Source: an uncultured bacterium (GTDB lineage Bacteria; Acidobacteriota; Aminicenantia; UBA2199). From it: 64,000 bases of DNA. The stretch lies in assembly GCA_965371805.1 (NCBI GenBank), contig CBDUZW010000004.1:12592-76591 (forward strand). The letters are read 5' to 3'. The notes under the pieces are model-generated. The model had not been told where the DNA came from. It saw nothing but the letters and a program-made list of their open reading frames with translations, and did no database searches. Each line of letters begins with the position of its first letter. The first letter of the stretch is position 1. Made by a program: the position numbers and the translations under genes. This document shows positions 1 through 10,404 of this stretch, piece after piece.

Positions 1-896
1 TTATGCACATCATGAATGAGCTTAATTATAAACCAAACTTAATTGCACGAAGTTTAGCCAGTCGAAAAACAAAGACCATTGGGATCATGATTCCTAAGGG
101 AGAACAGCTGTTTTTAGACAATTATATTGCGCAAGTGTTGAGTGGTATAAGTGATGTTGCACAGGATGAAGATTATCGAATTACGCTTGTACCTATTAAG
201 GACAGCGATCTGGACACCGATTGTTATACCAATTACGCTCGCAGTAACCTGTTTGATGGGATGATTCTCTTAAAAACGAAGATGAATAACCCTGATTTGC
301 CATATTTGGCAGAATCCGGTTTTCCCTTTGTATTAATCAACTACCGACTAGACAGCAAGAAAATTAATTATGTTGACTGTGAGAATATCAAGGGTGTTGA
401 ATTAGCGATTGATTATCTATACAATAAGAATCATAGGAAAATAGCCTTTATTGCAGGACCCATGGATGAAACAAATGCAGTGGACCGATTGAAGGGCTAT
501 AAAAAATCACTGCAAAAATACGATATTCCATTTGATGAACGATATGTTCTCTACGGTGAATGGAAAAAGGAAGTCGCGTATGAAAAAGCAGCCGACCTGC
601 TAAAGTTAAAGGACAGACCCACCGCCATATTTTGTTCAGACGACTATATGGCATTGGGTGTTATCGAACAAATCAAGCATCATGGACTATCCATTCCTAA
701 GGACATTGCTGTTATCGGTTTTGACAATATAGAAATAGGTGAATTCTCAAGACCGTCTCTGACCACAATCGAGCAGCCAATGTACGAAATAGGAAGAACC
801 TCCGTTCAATTGCTACTGGACTTAATCTCTCAAAAATGCACACCACCCATCCGCAAAACACTGGGCACAAAACTCGTTATCAGAGACTCAGCATAA
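1..896 (+). CDS. LacI-family transcriptional regulator (5' end cut by window)
   Basis: LNYKPNLIARSL hinge helix then periplasmic-binding fold motifs PTAIFCSDDYMALG, IPKDIAVIGFDN, PSLTTIEQP; HTH lies upstream of the window. Confidence 0.93.
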   Translation, partial: MHIMNELNYKPNLIARSLASRKTKTIGIMIPKGEQLFLDNYIAQVLSGISDVAQDEDYRITLVPIKDSDLDTDCYTNYARSNLFDGMILLKTKMNNPDLPYLAESGFPFVLINYRLDSKKINYVDCENIKGVELAIDYLYNKNHRKIAFIAGPMDETNAVDRLKGYKKSLQKYDIPFDERYVLYGEWKKEVAYEKAADLLKLKDRPTAIFCSDDYMALGVIEQIKHHGLSIPKDIAVIGFDNIEIGEFSRPSLTTIEQPMYEIGRTSVQLLLDLISQKCTPPIRKTLGTKLVIRDSA

Positions 897-990
897 AAGA
901 TGCGACCAATCCCCATGGTATGCCTTTTTTTGCTTAGTAGATATCCTACGAATCGTATTAACCTCCTGAAAGATTAATAATTACATGGAT

Positions 991-2103
991 TTAATTTTCT
1001 TGTAAGGTGTAGTTCTTCGTTCGCTTACTATTATTTTTTATACTGAATATCTTTTTCTTATGGGCCTGATCTTCAAAAAAACCCCATTTCCAGAAAATTA
1101 TTCCTGAAGAGGGTTTTTTGAGAGATTCAAAATAACTTTCTTTAAGCATCTTGATCGTTATCGGTTTTTTTAAATATGATTTATTGACCTGAATACTTGG
1201 TAAAATAGGTTTACTTGTGTACATTGCCATATCTTTTACTACTGAGTTTATCCAATTAGCAGGTCTTTTAAGCATATGCCAATAGCACATAGGCGAGATA
1301 TAATCTACATGTTTCGAGATTTCATTTATATTTTGTCCTGCAATAAGTTTTAAACCATTATTGAAATCTTTTGCTCTCCAGGGAACGATATGTGCATTTA
1401 TGAGAATATTATGATTAAGTGATTTTGCTGTTTTTACTAATTCTTTAACCATTGAAGTTATAATATTTGTTTTCCAAATCACCCATTCTTTTAAATGATT
1501 AGTTAAAATATAATTAGCTTTTTCAGATGTAGTTTTTAATTTATCAGGAATTGTAAATCCAAATTTATTTTTAAATTTTACGATACAATTAGTACAAAAA
1601 CAGGTATTGTTTAAGGGATCAATTTTTGTGTCTGCAAAAACTTTTTCCCAATAAACAAAATATCTTATAAAATCAATACTTATTCCGTCTGGATTATATT
1701 TTTTTATAATTTTTTTTAATTCATCAGTCTTGTTTTTTCTGTAATTTGCATTTGAAGGACAGGCAAAATGAACCCATTCATCAAAGGCCTTCTTTCCATA
1801 ACCGTTAATTGCATAAAGATTACTATTCTCAAACGGTTTTCCCGGACTGCAAAATACTGGGAAAACAATAAATGTTTTTATATTGTGTTTTTTTGCTATT
1901 GTGTAAATATCTTTGTTTTTTGCTAATTCTTCACCTGCAAAAACTGTGTTTATCCCAATTGATTTAAACTCTTTGAAGAGTTTATTCAGATCTTTAGAGT
2001 AGTTATAAACTTTCACACCTTTTATATTCTCACATAATAGAATTCCGGATAAAATAAAACAGAGTGAAATAAACAATAATGTAAATATTTTAAGTTTTTT
2101 CAA
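991..2103 (-). CDS. Secreted glycoside hydrolase-like protein (GHL10/DUF187-like TIM barrel)
   Basis: Signal peptide; ACPSN, PDGISIDFIRY, CFCTNC, DYISPMCY motifs; TTG start. Confidence 0.65.
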   Translation of the reverse strand: MKKLKIFTLLFISLCFILSGILLCENIKGVKVYNYSKDLNKLFKEFKSIGINTVFAGEELAKNKDIYTIAKKHNIKTFIVFPVFCSPGKPFENSNLYAINGYGKKAFDEWVHFACPSNANYRKNKTDELKKIIKKYNPDGISIDFIRYFVYWEKVFADTKIDPLNNTCFCTNCIVKFKNKFGFTIPDKLKTTSEKANYILTNHLKEWVIWKTNIITSMVKELVKTAKSLNHNILINAHIVPWRAKDFNNGLKLIAGQNINEISKHVDYISPMCYWHMLKRPANWINSVVKDMAMYTSKPILPSIQVNKSYLKKPITIKMLKESYFESLKKPSSGIIFWKWGFFEDQAHKKKIFSIKNNSKRTKNYTLQEN

Positions 2104-2122
2104 AATATCCTCACCTGATATC

Positions 2123-4192
2123 TTATTTGTTTAGTTCTTTGATATATTTTTTAATTAATGGTTGTTCCGGATTAATCTTTAATGATTTTGAAAAGAAATT
2201 TTTTGCATTATCAATATTAGAAAGTTTTAGATAGCAGATACCTGTTAAATTTAATAAATTGCAATCTCTGTCATATAGTTTATTCGATGTATTAAAGAAC
2301 TTCAGTGCCTCTTTATAGTTTTTACTAAGAAACTGTATTTTTCCTTTATACAAATTATATTCGAATTTGAGATCTTTCACATCTTTAATAGATTCTATAA
2401 TCTGGCTTGCTTTCTCAGGTTTGTTTAATAATATTAGAAAATCTAAATAATATTTTAATCCATTATAGAGCTTGGGACTTTCCTGATAACCTTTTTTATA
2501 ATATAAATCTGCAAGTTTTAATTTCTTAACATTTCTATATAAGTTTGCCGTTTTATAATAAAACAGTCCTCTATCTTTATATTTTATACCATCCATCATT
2601 TCAATTGGGTGATTGGCATAACTTTTAGGAGAAATAGTGAAATTTAATGTACTTGTTTTAACAGGAATATTATTAACAGATAAAACAGATTTGACAGTAA
2701 AAAAAGCAGGATAAAGATCATTATTCAAATCAATAATAATATTTTCTTTTTCCTTTATAGATTTTGAGTCAAATGTATAAGTCTTAGAATATTTTTTATT
2801 TCTCATCCCATCAATTGATTTTACAGTAACGTTAAGAGCACCATTCGATAAACTTTCAGTATTTGCAGTTGGAATAATAAGGTGGATTTTATCTTTTAGA
2901 GAGAAAACATTATCACTGTCAACACTAATTATCTTATTATTAAATTGAAAAGGTCTATTTATAGGTTTGTCTGCTTTTTTGATTCGATATCCTAGAAATG
3001 GTTCTGTAAATGAGGGCGTTTTTTTCTTGTAATTTACTTTTATATTTTTTTTAATAAATATAAATTCATTATTAACTGAATTTTTTAAATAAATTGATAG
3101 GGTAAAATCACCATTTATGATTGGAAACATATCATCAATTGAAACTCCCATCTGCTTAACACTGCTTGTAAACTCATCTTCATTAAAAGATAGAGGAAAC
3201 TTTTTATTATATTTAGATATTATTGTGTTTTTCTGTTTTAAAATAACGTTCAAATCTAGTGATGAAAAATATTTGTTATATTCTATTGAATGCTCAAAAG
3301 ACAATTTTTTCGGTTTTATTGAAAAATGCAAAAAAAATATATCTATTTTCGGATCCTTTATTATTGTATATATAAAACTGTTTTTAATAATATTTAAATT
3401 CTGATTTACATTTACAATCCCTTTAAATTTTAGAAAATCTTTTGCGTAATTTTCATTTACTATTTTTTTAGGAGAATCGAAAATTTTTGAAAGAACTAAA
3501 CTGTTTTGTACCTGTGTGATCATTATATTGTTTCTGCCGGGAACTACTGAGAATGCAGGTTCAACTAATTGGGGTGCAAGTTTTTTTATTTTTTTATAAA
3601 TCTGCCTATTATCATGTTTTCCAAATGAAGTATCGATACTATCAAGTAGTGATGCTGGACCATCAGCTGAGGGATCATATAATACATACTCTCCAAATCC
3701 ATTTCTCTTGAAAAATGTTATTGTCAGGTTTTTAGGAACACTTCGGATATTCAGCCCGTAATAGTCCCATACTTTTGCAGGATATAGTCCATTAATATGG
3801 TCAAATGATTCTATCTTATGTGGCTCACCAAGCGTGATATACATTCTGCCCATATCGGTTTGCCACCCTTTTCTGGGAGTACCTCTTCCAAAAAGTTTAT
3901 TTACATACTCAAAGCGTTTTATGATCTTATCTTTATACTCATTTATATCGGTTCCCCTTGTTGGGTCTCTCTGTTTCCAAAAGAGTTGAATAAAACTGTT
4001 CTTGTCTTTTTCCAGTTTAAGACTTTCGAACGCATTTTTTTCAGTTGGTGTTATAATATAAGTTACAAGATCTGACCATTTACCATGATTTCTGTCATAT
4101 TTACTAAAGTTAGTTTTTGAATATGAGATGGTTGGATATAGTAAAAGAGATAAGGTAAAAATAAGTAATTTGTCTTTTAATTTAATTTTCAT
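2123..4192 (-). CDS. GWxTD-domain protein with C-terminal TPRs
   Basis: FWKQRDPT and GWQTDMGRMYITLGEP signature; TPR-like helices at C-terminus; signal peptide. Confidence 0.9.
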   Translation of the reverse strand: MKIKLKDKLLIFTLSLLLYPTISYSKTNFSKYDRNHGKWSDLVTYIITPTEKNAFESLKLEKDKNSFIQLFWKQRDPTRGTDINEYKDKIIKRFEYVNKLFGRGTPRKGWQTDMGRMYITLGEPHKIESFDHINGLYPAKVWDYYGLNIRSVPKNLTITFFKRNGFGEYVLYDPSADGPASLLDSIDTSFGKHDNRQIYKKIKKLAPQLVEPAFSVVPGRNNIMITQVQNSLVLSKIFDSPKKIVNENYAKDFLKFKGIVNVNQNLNIIKNSFIYTIIKDPKIDIFFLHFSIKPKKLSFEHSIEYNKYFSSLDLNVILKQKNTIISKYNKKFPLSFNEDEFTSSVKQMGVSIDDMFPIINGDFTLSIYLKNSVNNEFIFIKKNIKVNYKKKTPSFTEPFLGYRIKKADKPINRPFQFNNKIISVDSDNVFSLKDKIHLIIPTANTESLSNGALNVTVKSIDGMRNKKYSKTYTFDSKSIKEKENIIIDLNNDLYPAFFTVKSVLSVNNIPVKTSTLNFTISPKSYANHPIEMMDGIKYKDRGLFYYKTANLYRNVKKLKLADLYYKKGYQESPKLYNGLKYYLDFLILLNKPEKASQIIESIKDVKDLKFEYNLYKGKIQFLSKNYKEALKFFNTSNKLYDRDCNLLNLTGICYLKLSNIDNAKNFFSKSLKINPEQPLIKKYIKELNK

Positions 4193-4201
4193 TTTATGCC
4201 T

Positions 4202-4984
4202 CTAATGTTTTTGCCAATCAGGTTTGTTTTTATATACCCATTTATAATAATCTTTTCTTTTTAGTTTTGAAGCTGCAGCTTCATCTATAATGACTATGGT
4301 TTGTGGATGCATTTGTAGAATTGAAGCAGGTACATCGCTACATATTGGACCTTCTATCATCTGTTTTACAGCTTCAGCTTTTTTATGCCCAAAAGCCAGT
4401 AGAAGACATTTTTTGCTCTCCATAATTGTTCCTACTCCCATAGTGATTACATGTATTGGGATTTCGCTTTTATTTTTGAATAAGGGTGCATTGTCCTTTA
4501 TTGTTTTTTCAGTCAGGGTTTTGATCCTGGTTCTGGAACTCAGAGAAGAAGAAGGCTCATTAAATCCAATATGTCCATCCGACCCAAGGCCCAGGATCTG
4601 AAGATCTATTCCTCCGGAAGCTTTTATATTACCCTCATATTGACGGCAGTGATCTGATATATCCGGGGTTAACCCATCCGGGATGTGTATCCTGTGTTTT
4701 TTTATATTTATGAAATTGAAAAAAACATTCTGCATATATGTGTGATATGATGATGGATGGTTTGGTGACAATCCAACATATTCATCTAAATTAAAAGTAG
4801 TAATATTACTGAAATCCAGAGAACCATTCTTATGCAGTCTTATTAGCTCTTTATATAAAGCTAGCTGAGTGCTTCCGGTTGCAAGGCCTAAAACTGAATT
4901 TGGATTTTCTTTAATCTGGCGAGAGACTAAGCCGGCACCAAGACAGCTTGCCGTTTCTTTATCTTCTTGAATTATTATTTCCAT
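4202..4984 (-). CDS. nagB: Glucosamine-6-phosphate deaminase
   Basis: LGLATGST, TFNLDEYVGL, GGIDLQILGLGSDGHIGFNEP; start moved to ATG 4984 behind GGAGG. Confidence 0.95.
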   Translation of the reverse strand: MEIIIQEDKETASCLGAGLVSRQIKENPNSVLGLATGSTQLALYKELIRLHKNGSLDFSNITTFNLDEYVGLSPNHPSSYHTYMQNVFFNFINIKKHRIHIPDGLTPDISDHCRQYEGNIKASGGIDLQILGLGSDGHIGFNEPSSSLSSRTRIKTLTEKTIKDNAPLFKNKSEIPIHVITMGVGTIMESKKCLLLAFGHKKAEAVKQMIEGPICSDVPASILQMHPQTIVIIDEAAASKLKRKDYYKWVYKNKPDWQKH

Positions 4985-4997
4985 TAATATACCTCCA

Positions 4998-5834
4998 TTA
5001 TTTATTAGCAATTTTTGAAATTCTATTTTCTATATCTTTTCTGAATCTGTCGGCAAATCCAATAAGATATTTTTCTATATCTAAATCTTCATCAACAATA
5101 AGTGGGCTCAGGTCTACCCCAAGTATAATTTGGTCAGATATATCATTTTTATATGGGTCTGAGAATGTCGCATTTGCAGATCTCCTGCCGATACTTGCCC
5201 TTTCATAATTTTTTCCATTTTTGATCTGAGAATTAAATACATTGATCAATCTCCCTGCTAATTCAATAGTACCACCTACATCAAATTCTACTCTATCCTC
5301 TTTAGTAAGCCAGTCGAGATTTCCCCAAACCTCACAACCATAAAGCTTATTTGGCCTGAGCTCTTTTTTAACGGATCTAATACCATTAATAACGGATCTG
5401 CATACGGCAAGATGTGTCATATGCCGGTCAAAGGGATTATGTGTGTAAATTGTTTCAGGAGTTGTCTCTTCGATTACTTTTTTAATATCAGATTCAATGT
5501 TGAGGTTTCTGTCTCCTTTAATTTCCTTACTGAAATAATCTAATTGAAATACCAATCCATATTCTCCAATCTCTGCTGCTTTCTTTTGTTCCATATTTCT
5601 AGTTTTACGAATCTTATCGATTGAATTTGAAAATTCTGGGACTCCATTTGTACATACAATACCCCCAAACCATTTATCTTTCTTTTTAAAACATCTATGT
5701 ATGCCAGGGTATCCAATCAATTCAAGATCATCCTGATGTGCAACAATACTCATGTCAGTTATATGACTCATACTCTGTAAATCAACTATATTAGTAGGAA
5801 AATATAAGCTTGAACCTCGATTATTAAATTTCAT
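4998..5834 (-). CDS. PIG-L/LmbE family deacetylase
   Basis: AHQDD motif and THNPFDRHMTH (DxHxxH-like) motif. Confidence 0.85.
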   Translation of the reverse strand: MKFNNRGSSLYFPTNIVDLQSMSHITDMSIVAHQDDLELIGYPGIHRCFKKKDKWFGGIVCTNGVPEFSNSIDKIRKTRNMEQKKAAEIGEYGLVFQLDYFSKEIKGDRNLNIESDIKKVIEETTPETIYTHNPFDRHMTHLAVCRSVINGIRSVKKELRPNKLYGCEVWGNLDWLTKEDRVEFDVGGTIELAGRLINVFNSQIKNGKNYERASIGRRSANATFSDPYKNDISDQIILGVDLSPLIVDEDLDIEKYLIGFADRFRKDIENRISKIANK

Positions 5835-5916
5835 AATTTACTCCAGAAAAAACCAAATTTAGTCATAATGTCATCCGTATTAAGCACATAATAATCTTTT
5901 TATACTTTTCATTTAT

Positions 5917-7266
5917 CTAAAAAATATTTTTTATCTTTTTCTCAAGATTCTCTACAATTTTATGGATATGTTTATTAGTACTTTCAGCGCTCACTCTGAG
6001 AATAGGCTCTGTATTGGAGGGGCGTATATGAAACCAGTACTCTTTTTTATCTACCCGTATTCCATCAAGGGTATCCGCATCCTTATACTCTTCTTTCAAT
6101 ATTGAAATGATTTTTTGTGCACCACTCATTGAGAAGGGTATTTTTTTACTGATCCTGTAGTATTTTGGCATAATTTTTGTGATATCTGATATCTTTTTTT
6201 TTGATCTTCTCATTGCATCAAGAATGATTGCCATTCCTGTAAAAGAATCCCTGCAGTAATGGACTTCAGGTATAATTATACCCCCATTTCCTTCTCCACC
6301 TGCAATTGCGCCTGAAATTTTCATCATTTCAACGACATTTATTTCTCCAACGGCAGATTTAAGAACTTTAATGTCCAGAGTAGAAGCTAAATAATCTACT
6401 ACTCTCGAAGTTGACTGGTTCACAACAATGGTACTTCCTTTTGTTTGAGAGAGGTATCCATAAAGCAAAACTGCAAGGGTCATGTGTCCATCAAGTACAT
6501 CACCATTCTCGTCAATTATTGCTAATCTGTCAGCATCGGGGTCCTGAGCAAATCCTATATCAAATTTACCCTCTTTCATTACTTTTGAAGCCTCTTTTAG
6601 GTTTTCAGGGATAGGTTCCGGAATTCGGGGGAATTTTTTCCCTACTTTATCATTTATCATTGTTACCTGACAGTTAAAGCTTTCAAGAAATTTTTTAGAA
6701 AAAAAAGAACCAACTCCACCGCCTGTATCCATTAATATTTTGAATTTTCTTTTTCTTATAAGATTCTTGTCAACTATTTTATTGATTTTGTCCATATGTA
6801 TCTCAAACGGGTCCTCTACATCTTGGGTAGTTTGGAAGGCGTTCCGTTTTGGGAGAATATATCCCCGTTGATGATAAATATCCACAAGGTTCTGGGTTTT
6901 AAATGGAGACAGAAATATTCCTTCAGAACTAAGGAATTTTAAGCCATTCCACTCTTCTGGATTGTGAGACGCAGTAATTATGATACCACCATCCAGTTTT
7001 TTTTCTTTTATATATATAGCGAGAGTAGGAGTTGATACTATGCCAAGATTTATAGGTGTTATTCCTGAGAAGATCAGCCCTGAAATAACAGCTGATTTGA
7101 TAAAATCACCTGAAGTCCTTGAATCGGTTCCGACTGCAACTTTGCCACCTCTAATCAGAGTGGCAAATGCTCTGGCAAAGTTGACAATATTTTCTGCGGA
7201 TAGGGTTTCTCCCACCACTCCTCTGACACCAGAGACTCCAATTTTTATTCCTTCTACTTTCTTCAT
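5917..7266 (-). CDS. glmM: Phosphoglucosamine mutase / alpha-D-phosphohexomutase
   Basis: SGVRG, TASHNP phosphoserine loop, DPDADR metal loop, GGEGNGG, IRPSNTEP; substrate specificity inferred from nagB context. Confidence 0.8.
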   Translation of the reverse strand: MKKVEGIKIGVSGVRGVVGETLSAENIVNFARAFATLIRGGKVAVGTDSRTSGDFIKSAVISGLIFSGITPINLGIVSTPTLAIYIKEKKLDGGIIITASHNPEEWNGLKFLSSEGIFLSPFKTQNLVDIYHQRGYILPKRNAFQTTQDVEDPFEIHMDKINKIVDKNLIRKRKFKILMDTGGGVGSFFSKKFLESFNCQVTMINDKVGKKFPRIPEPIPENLKEASKVMKEGKFDIGFAQDPDADRLAIIDENGDVLDGHMTLAVLLYGYLSQTKGSTIVVNQSTSRVVDYLASTLDIKVLKSAVGEINVVEMMKISGAIAGGEGNGGIIIPEVHYCRDSFTGMAIILDAMRRSKKKISDITKIMPKYYRISKKIPFSMSGAQKIISILKEEYKDADTLDGIRVDKKEYWFHIRPSNTEPILRVSAESTNKHIHKIVENLEKKIKNIF

Positions 7267-8570
7267 TTTAAAATCCCATTAATTCTTGAGATTTCGTCAT
7301 GTACAGTCTTTCCCTCTCCAATTATTCTGATCATTGATAGAGTTGCAGATGAACGGATACATAACCAGTCATCTCCATCCTCTACATAAAAGCCGTCTTT
7401 GATCATTTTTTTATCAGGGTAGAGTTTTCCGACCTCTTCAAGTTTATTGAAAATATCATGAGTCTTGATGTAAACAGTTTCCTTCAGAATTTTCGGGTTA
7501 GATAATTCCTCAGAAAGAGTAGCCAAACTCATTGAATGCTTTCTTAAAAATCCAGTTAAATACTTTATAAATACAAAACTGTCAAAGCCCATAGAGAAAG
7601 GAGAATAGGCAATACCTCCGTTCCCCTCACCACCGATTAGAGTTTTTAAATCCCCAACCATCTGCATAACGTGAGATTGGCCTATATCTGTCCTGTAAAC
7701 CTTAACTCCATATTTTTCTCCTATCTTATCAATAGCCTTCGAAGTTGAATAGTTTGTGATTATATCCGATTTTTTTTCTGAAAGTATAATGTCTGCAAAT
7801 ATTGGCAAGGTTAACTCTTCAGATAATGGTGTGCCATTTTCATCAACTAATAAAATCCTGCTTGCATCACTATTAAGAAAAAAGCCGCCATCACAGTTTG
7901 ATTCTTTAACAATAGTAGATAGAATGGCTGCATTCCCAATATTAGGTTCCGGACCTTTATCTACCCAGGTTGTCGGATCACAGAAAATTGGAATTAAGGT
8001 AATATCCAATGCCTTTGAGAGTTGATTAATAATATTTATATTAAATCCATTAGAACAATCTATTATAAATTTTAATTTTCTACCAATGATCGCACCGTCA
8101 TTCAACTTATTGAAATATTTCTCAAAAAGTAAAGGCTCATCTTTGTAATCACCCAGATTATTGAAGTTCTTTTCATTATATTTTCTTGAATGATATATAT
8201 TGAAAAGTTCTTCTCCCTCCAGATAATTAAAATAGGCACCCTCAGCATTTAAAAGAATCAGGGAGTTCCAGTTAAACTTATTATGACCGCCTGAAACAGA
8301 AATTCCTCCTTTAAAACCATGTTCTTTAATTAGGAATTGTAAAATAGGCGTTGGAATAATCCCGCAATTGATCACATTTAAGCCACATGATTGTAAACCG
8401 GATATAAGAGCTGGAATAATAAATTTTCCGGAAGGCCTGTTATCGCTTCCTATAAGGACTGTTCCCCTGCCAATATATGTAGCAAAAGCCTGCGCAGCAT
8501 TTGCAATCATAGTGGGATTAAGATCTGAATAAACTCCTCTGATTCCTGATATATTGACTTTAATTGGCAT
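7263..8570 (-). CDS. Phosphohexomutase paralog with degenerate catalytic motifs
   Basis: Same fold motifs (SGIRG, PTP, GGEGNGG) but SGGHN replaces TASHN and NSDASR replaces DxDxDR. Confidence 0.85.
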   Translation of the reverse strand: MPIKVNISGIRGVYSDLNPTMIANAAQAFATYIGRGTVLIGSDNRPSGKFIIPALISGLQSCGLNVINCGIIPTPILQFLIKEHGFKGGISVSGGHNKFNWNSLILLNAEGAYFNYLEGEELFNIYHSRKYNEKNFNNLGDYKDEPLLFEKYFNKLNDGAIIGRKLKFIIDCSNGFNINIINQLSKALDITLIPIFCDPTTWVDKGPEPNIGNAAILSTIVKESNCDGGFFLNSDASRILLVDENGTPLSEELTLPIFADIILSEKKSDIITNYSTSKAIDKIGEKYGVKVYRTDIGQSHVMQMVGDLKTLIGGEGNGGIAYSPFSMGFDSFVFIKYLTGFLRKHSMSLATLSEELSNPKILKETVYIKTHDIFNKLEEVGKLYPDKKMIKDGFYVEDGDDWLCIRSSATLSMIRIIGEGKTVHDEISRINGILK

Positions 8571-8980
8571 TAATTTAATATCCTATTATTGTCTTAATTT
8601 TTTTCATTTTCAAATTCTCCTAAATTAAATGATCCTTTCACTAATGTTCAATAGAAATTTGAAGTAAAAGCTGACCAAATGTAGTAAATAAATTCATATT
8701 ACCGTAGGTCAAACATAAGGAATTATAACATAAATATAGACAAATACTCAAGATGATTCCAAGTTGGAGAATTCAAAAAACATTAATTTGTAAATTTTCT
8801 AAAAACATAAGGGATTGTGGATACAATTATTAAGTTATGAATAATAAATTCAGGATTGTATAGATTTTTTATTTTTATTTTGCTACTATTTCAAATTGCC
8901 AATAATTTATGGATTTTCAAGGAGTTTTATACAAAAATGATTTTCATATCACTCTTTTAAATAAAAGGGAAGGAGACGTA

Positions 8981-10219
8981 ATGCATAAAAAGATTTTAAT
9001 TCTTTTAGGGATTTCACTGTTATTTGTATTCGGGTGTTCAAATAAAAAATCATTATTGACTGAAAAAAGTGCAATTAAATATCTGCCAACACAATCACAT
9101 CCTGGAAATCTCTCTCTGGATAAAGTGCCTCAATTTATCTCATTTGGATTTGATGATAATGGGTATTCCGGTCTTCCAAATTCTGGTGGCGATGGTGGCA
9201 TTCAATGGATTCTTGATTTGATGAAAGATAAGAAAAATCCGGATGGATCAGGTTGTAAGGTCTCCTTTTATTGTGTGAGTAAATTTATTACAGATAATGA
9301 ATTTGAAGATAATAAATTTGTAAAAGAATCCTGGCGTAAGGCTTTTGATGAAGGTCATGAAATAGGGCTTCATACACATTCGCATCCACATGGGGCAAAA
9401 ATTGATGGTGGTAAATCTCCAACCCTTTGGAATAATTTAATGAAAAAAGAAGATTGGGATAAAGAAATTTCCCTGAATATAGAATGGTTTACAAAAAAGT
9501 ATGATAAACGCTTACCGGATTCTCTCTGTGGAATTGGATTGCAAAGAAGCGATATAGTTGGTTTTAGAACACCATATCTTGAATTCAACAATGGAACTCT
9601 TGCATCTGTTGCTGGATTAAATATTAAATATGACTGTTCGATTGAAGAGGGTTGGCAGGAAAAGCAGGATGGGAAAAATTTTTACTGGCCATATCAATTG
9701 GATAATGGAAGTCCTGTAGCGACTGCAACATTCCTAAAAAATTTTACTGGAAGAGAGAAGGTTGATAAAATTCCGGGTTTATGGGAAATTCCGGCTTATG
9801 TCGTATTTGTTCCAACTGATGAAGTCTGTGAAAAATATGGTTTAAAAAAAGGGTTTAGGGAGAGATTACATAATCGTGTTGATTATTTTGATGCAACAAC
9901 TGGGAAAATAACAGGTTTTGATTGGAATCTCTGGTTTGAATTTACTCTATCCGGTAAAGAATTTACTGCTATTTTGAAGTATACTCTGGATTTAAAACTT
10001 CAAGGTAATAAAGCGCCATTTGCTTTTGGGGTGCATAGTGATATTTATCATAGTAAATATGATACGTATAATATGGATGGGCAAAAAACAGTTACTGATT
10101 ATAAAGAGCGTCAGAAGGCCGTTGAAGAATTTATTAAATATGCTCAAACAAAAAATGTGTATATTACAACAGCATCTAAAATCTTAAAATGGATGGAAAA
10201 CCCAAAACCTCTTAATTGA
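8981..10219 (+). CDS. Polysaccharide deacetylase family lipoprotein
   Basis: Lipobox VFGC, FGFDD, HEIGLHTHSH, GFRTPYL, YDCS; start moved to ATG 8981 behind AGGAG. Confidence 0.85.
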   Translation: MHKKILILLGISLLFVFGCSNKKSLLTEKSAIKYLPTQSHPGNLSLDKVPQFISFGFDDNGYSGLPNSGGDGGIQWILDLMKDKKNPDGSGCKVSFYCVSKFITDNEFEDNKFVKESWRKAFDEGHEIGLHTHSHPHGAKIDGGKSPTLWNNLMKKEDWDKEISLNIEWFTKKYDKRLPDSLCGIGLQRSDIVGFRTPYLEFNNGTLASVAGLNIKYDCSIEEGWQEKQDGKNFYWPYQLDNGSPVATATFLKNFTGREKVDKIPGLWEIPAYVVFVPTDEVCEKYGLKKGFRERLHNRVDYFDATTGKITGFDWNLWFEFTLSGKEFTAILKYTLDLKLQGNKAPFAFGVHSDIYHSKYDTYNMDGQKTVTDYKERQKAVEEFIKYAQTKNVYITTASKILKWMENPKPLN

Positions 10220-10404
10220 CTAACAGAAACCTAGCTGCTTTTTATGCAATATTCACAAAAAAAGTGATAAATTTATAGATTTTTATTTATTGAAATGCTA
10301 CAATCTATAATGTCTATAACTTCTTTAAGTTTTATATGTTTTATAAAAGTTATCAACATAATTTTCAAACATTATTCCACAAAAATTAGGAGGAACGACA
10401 AATT

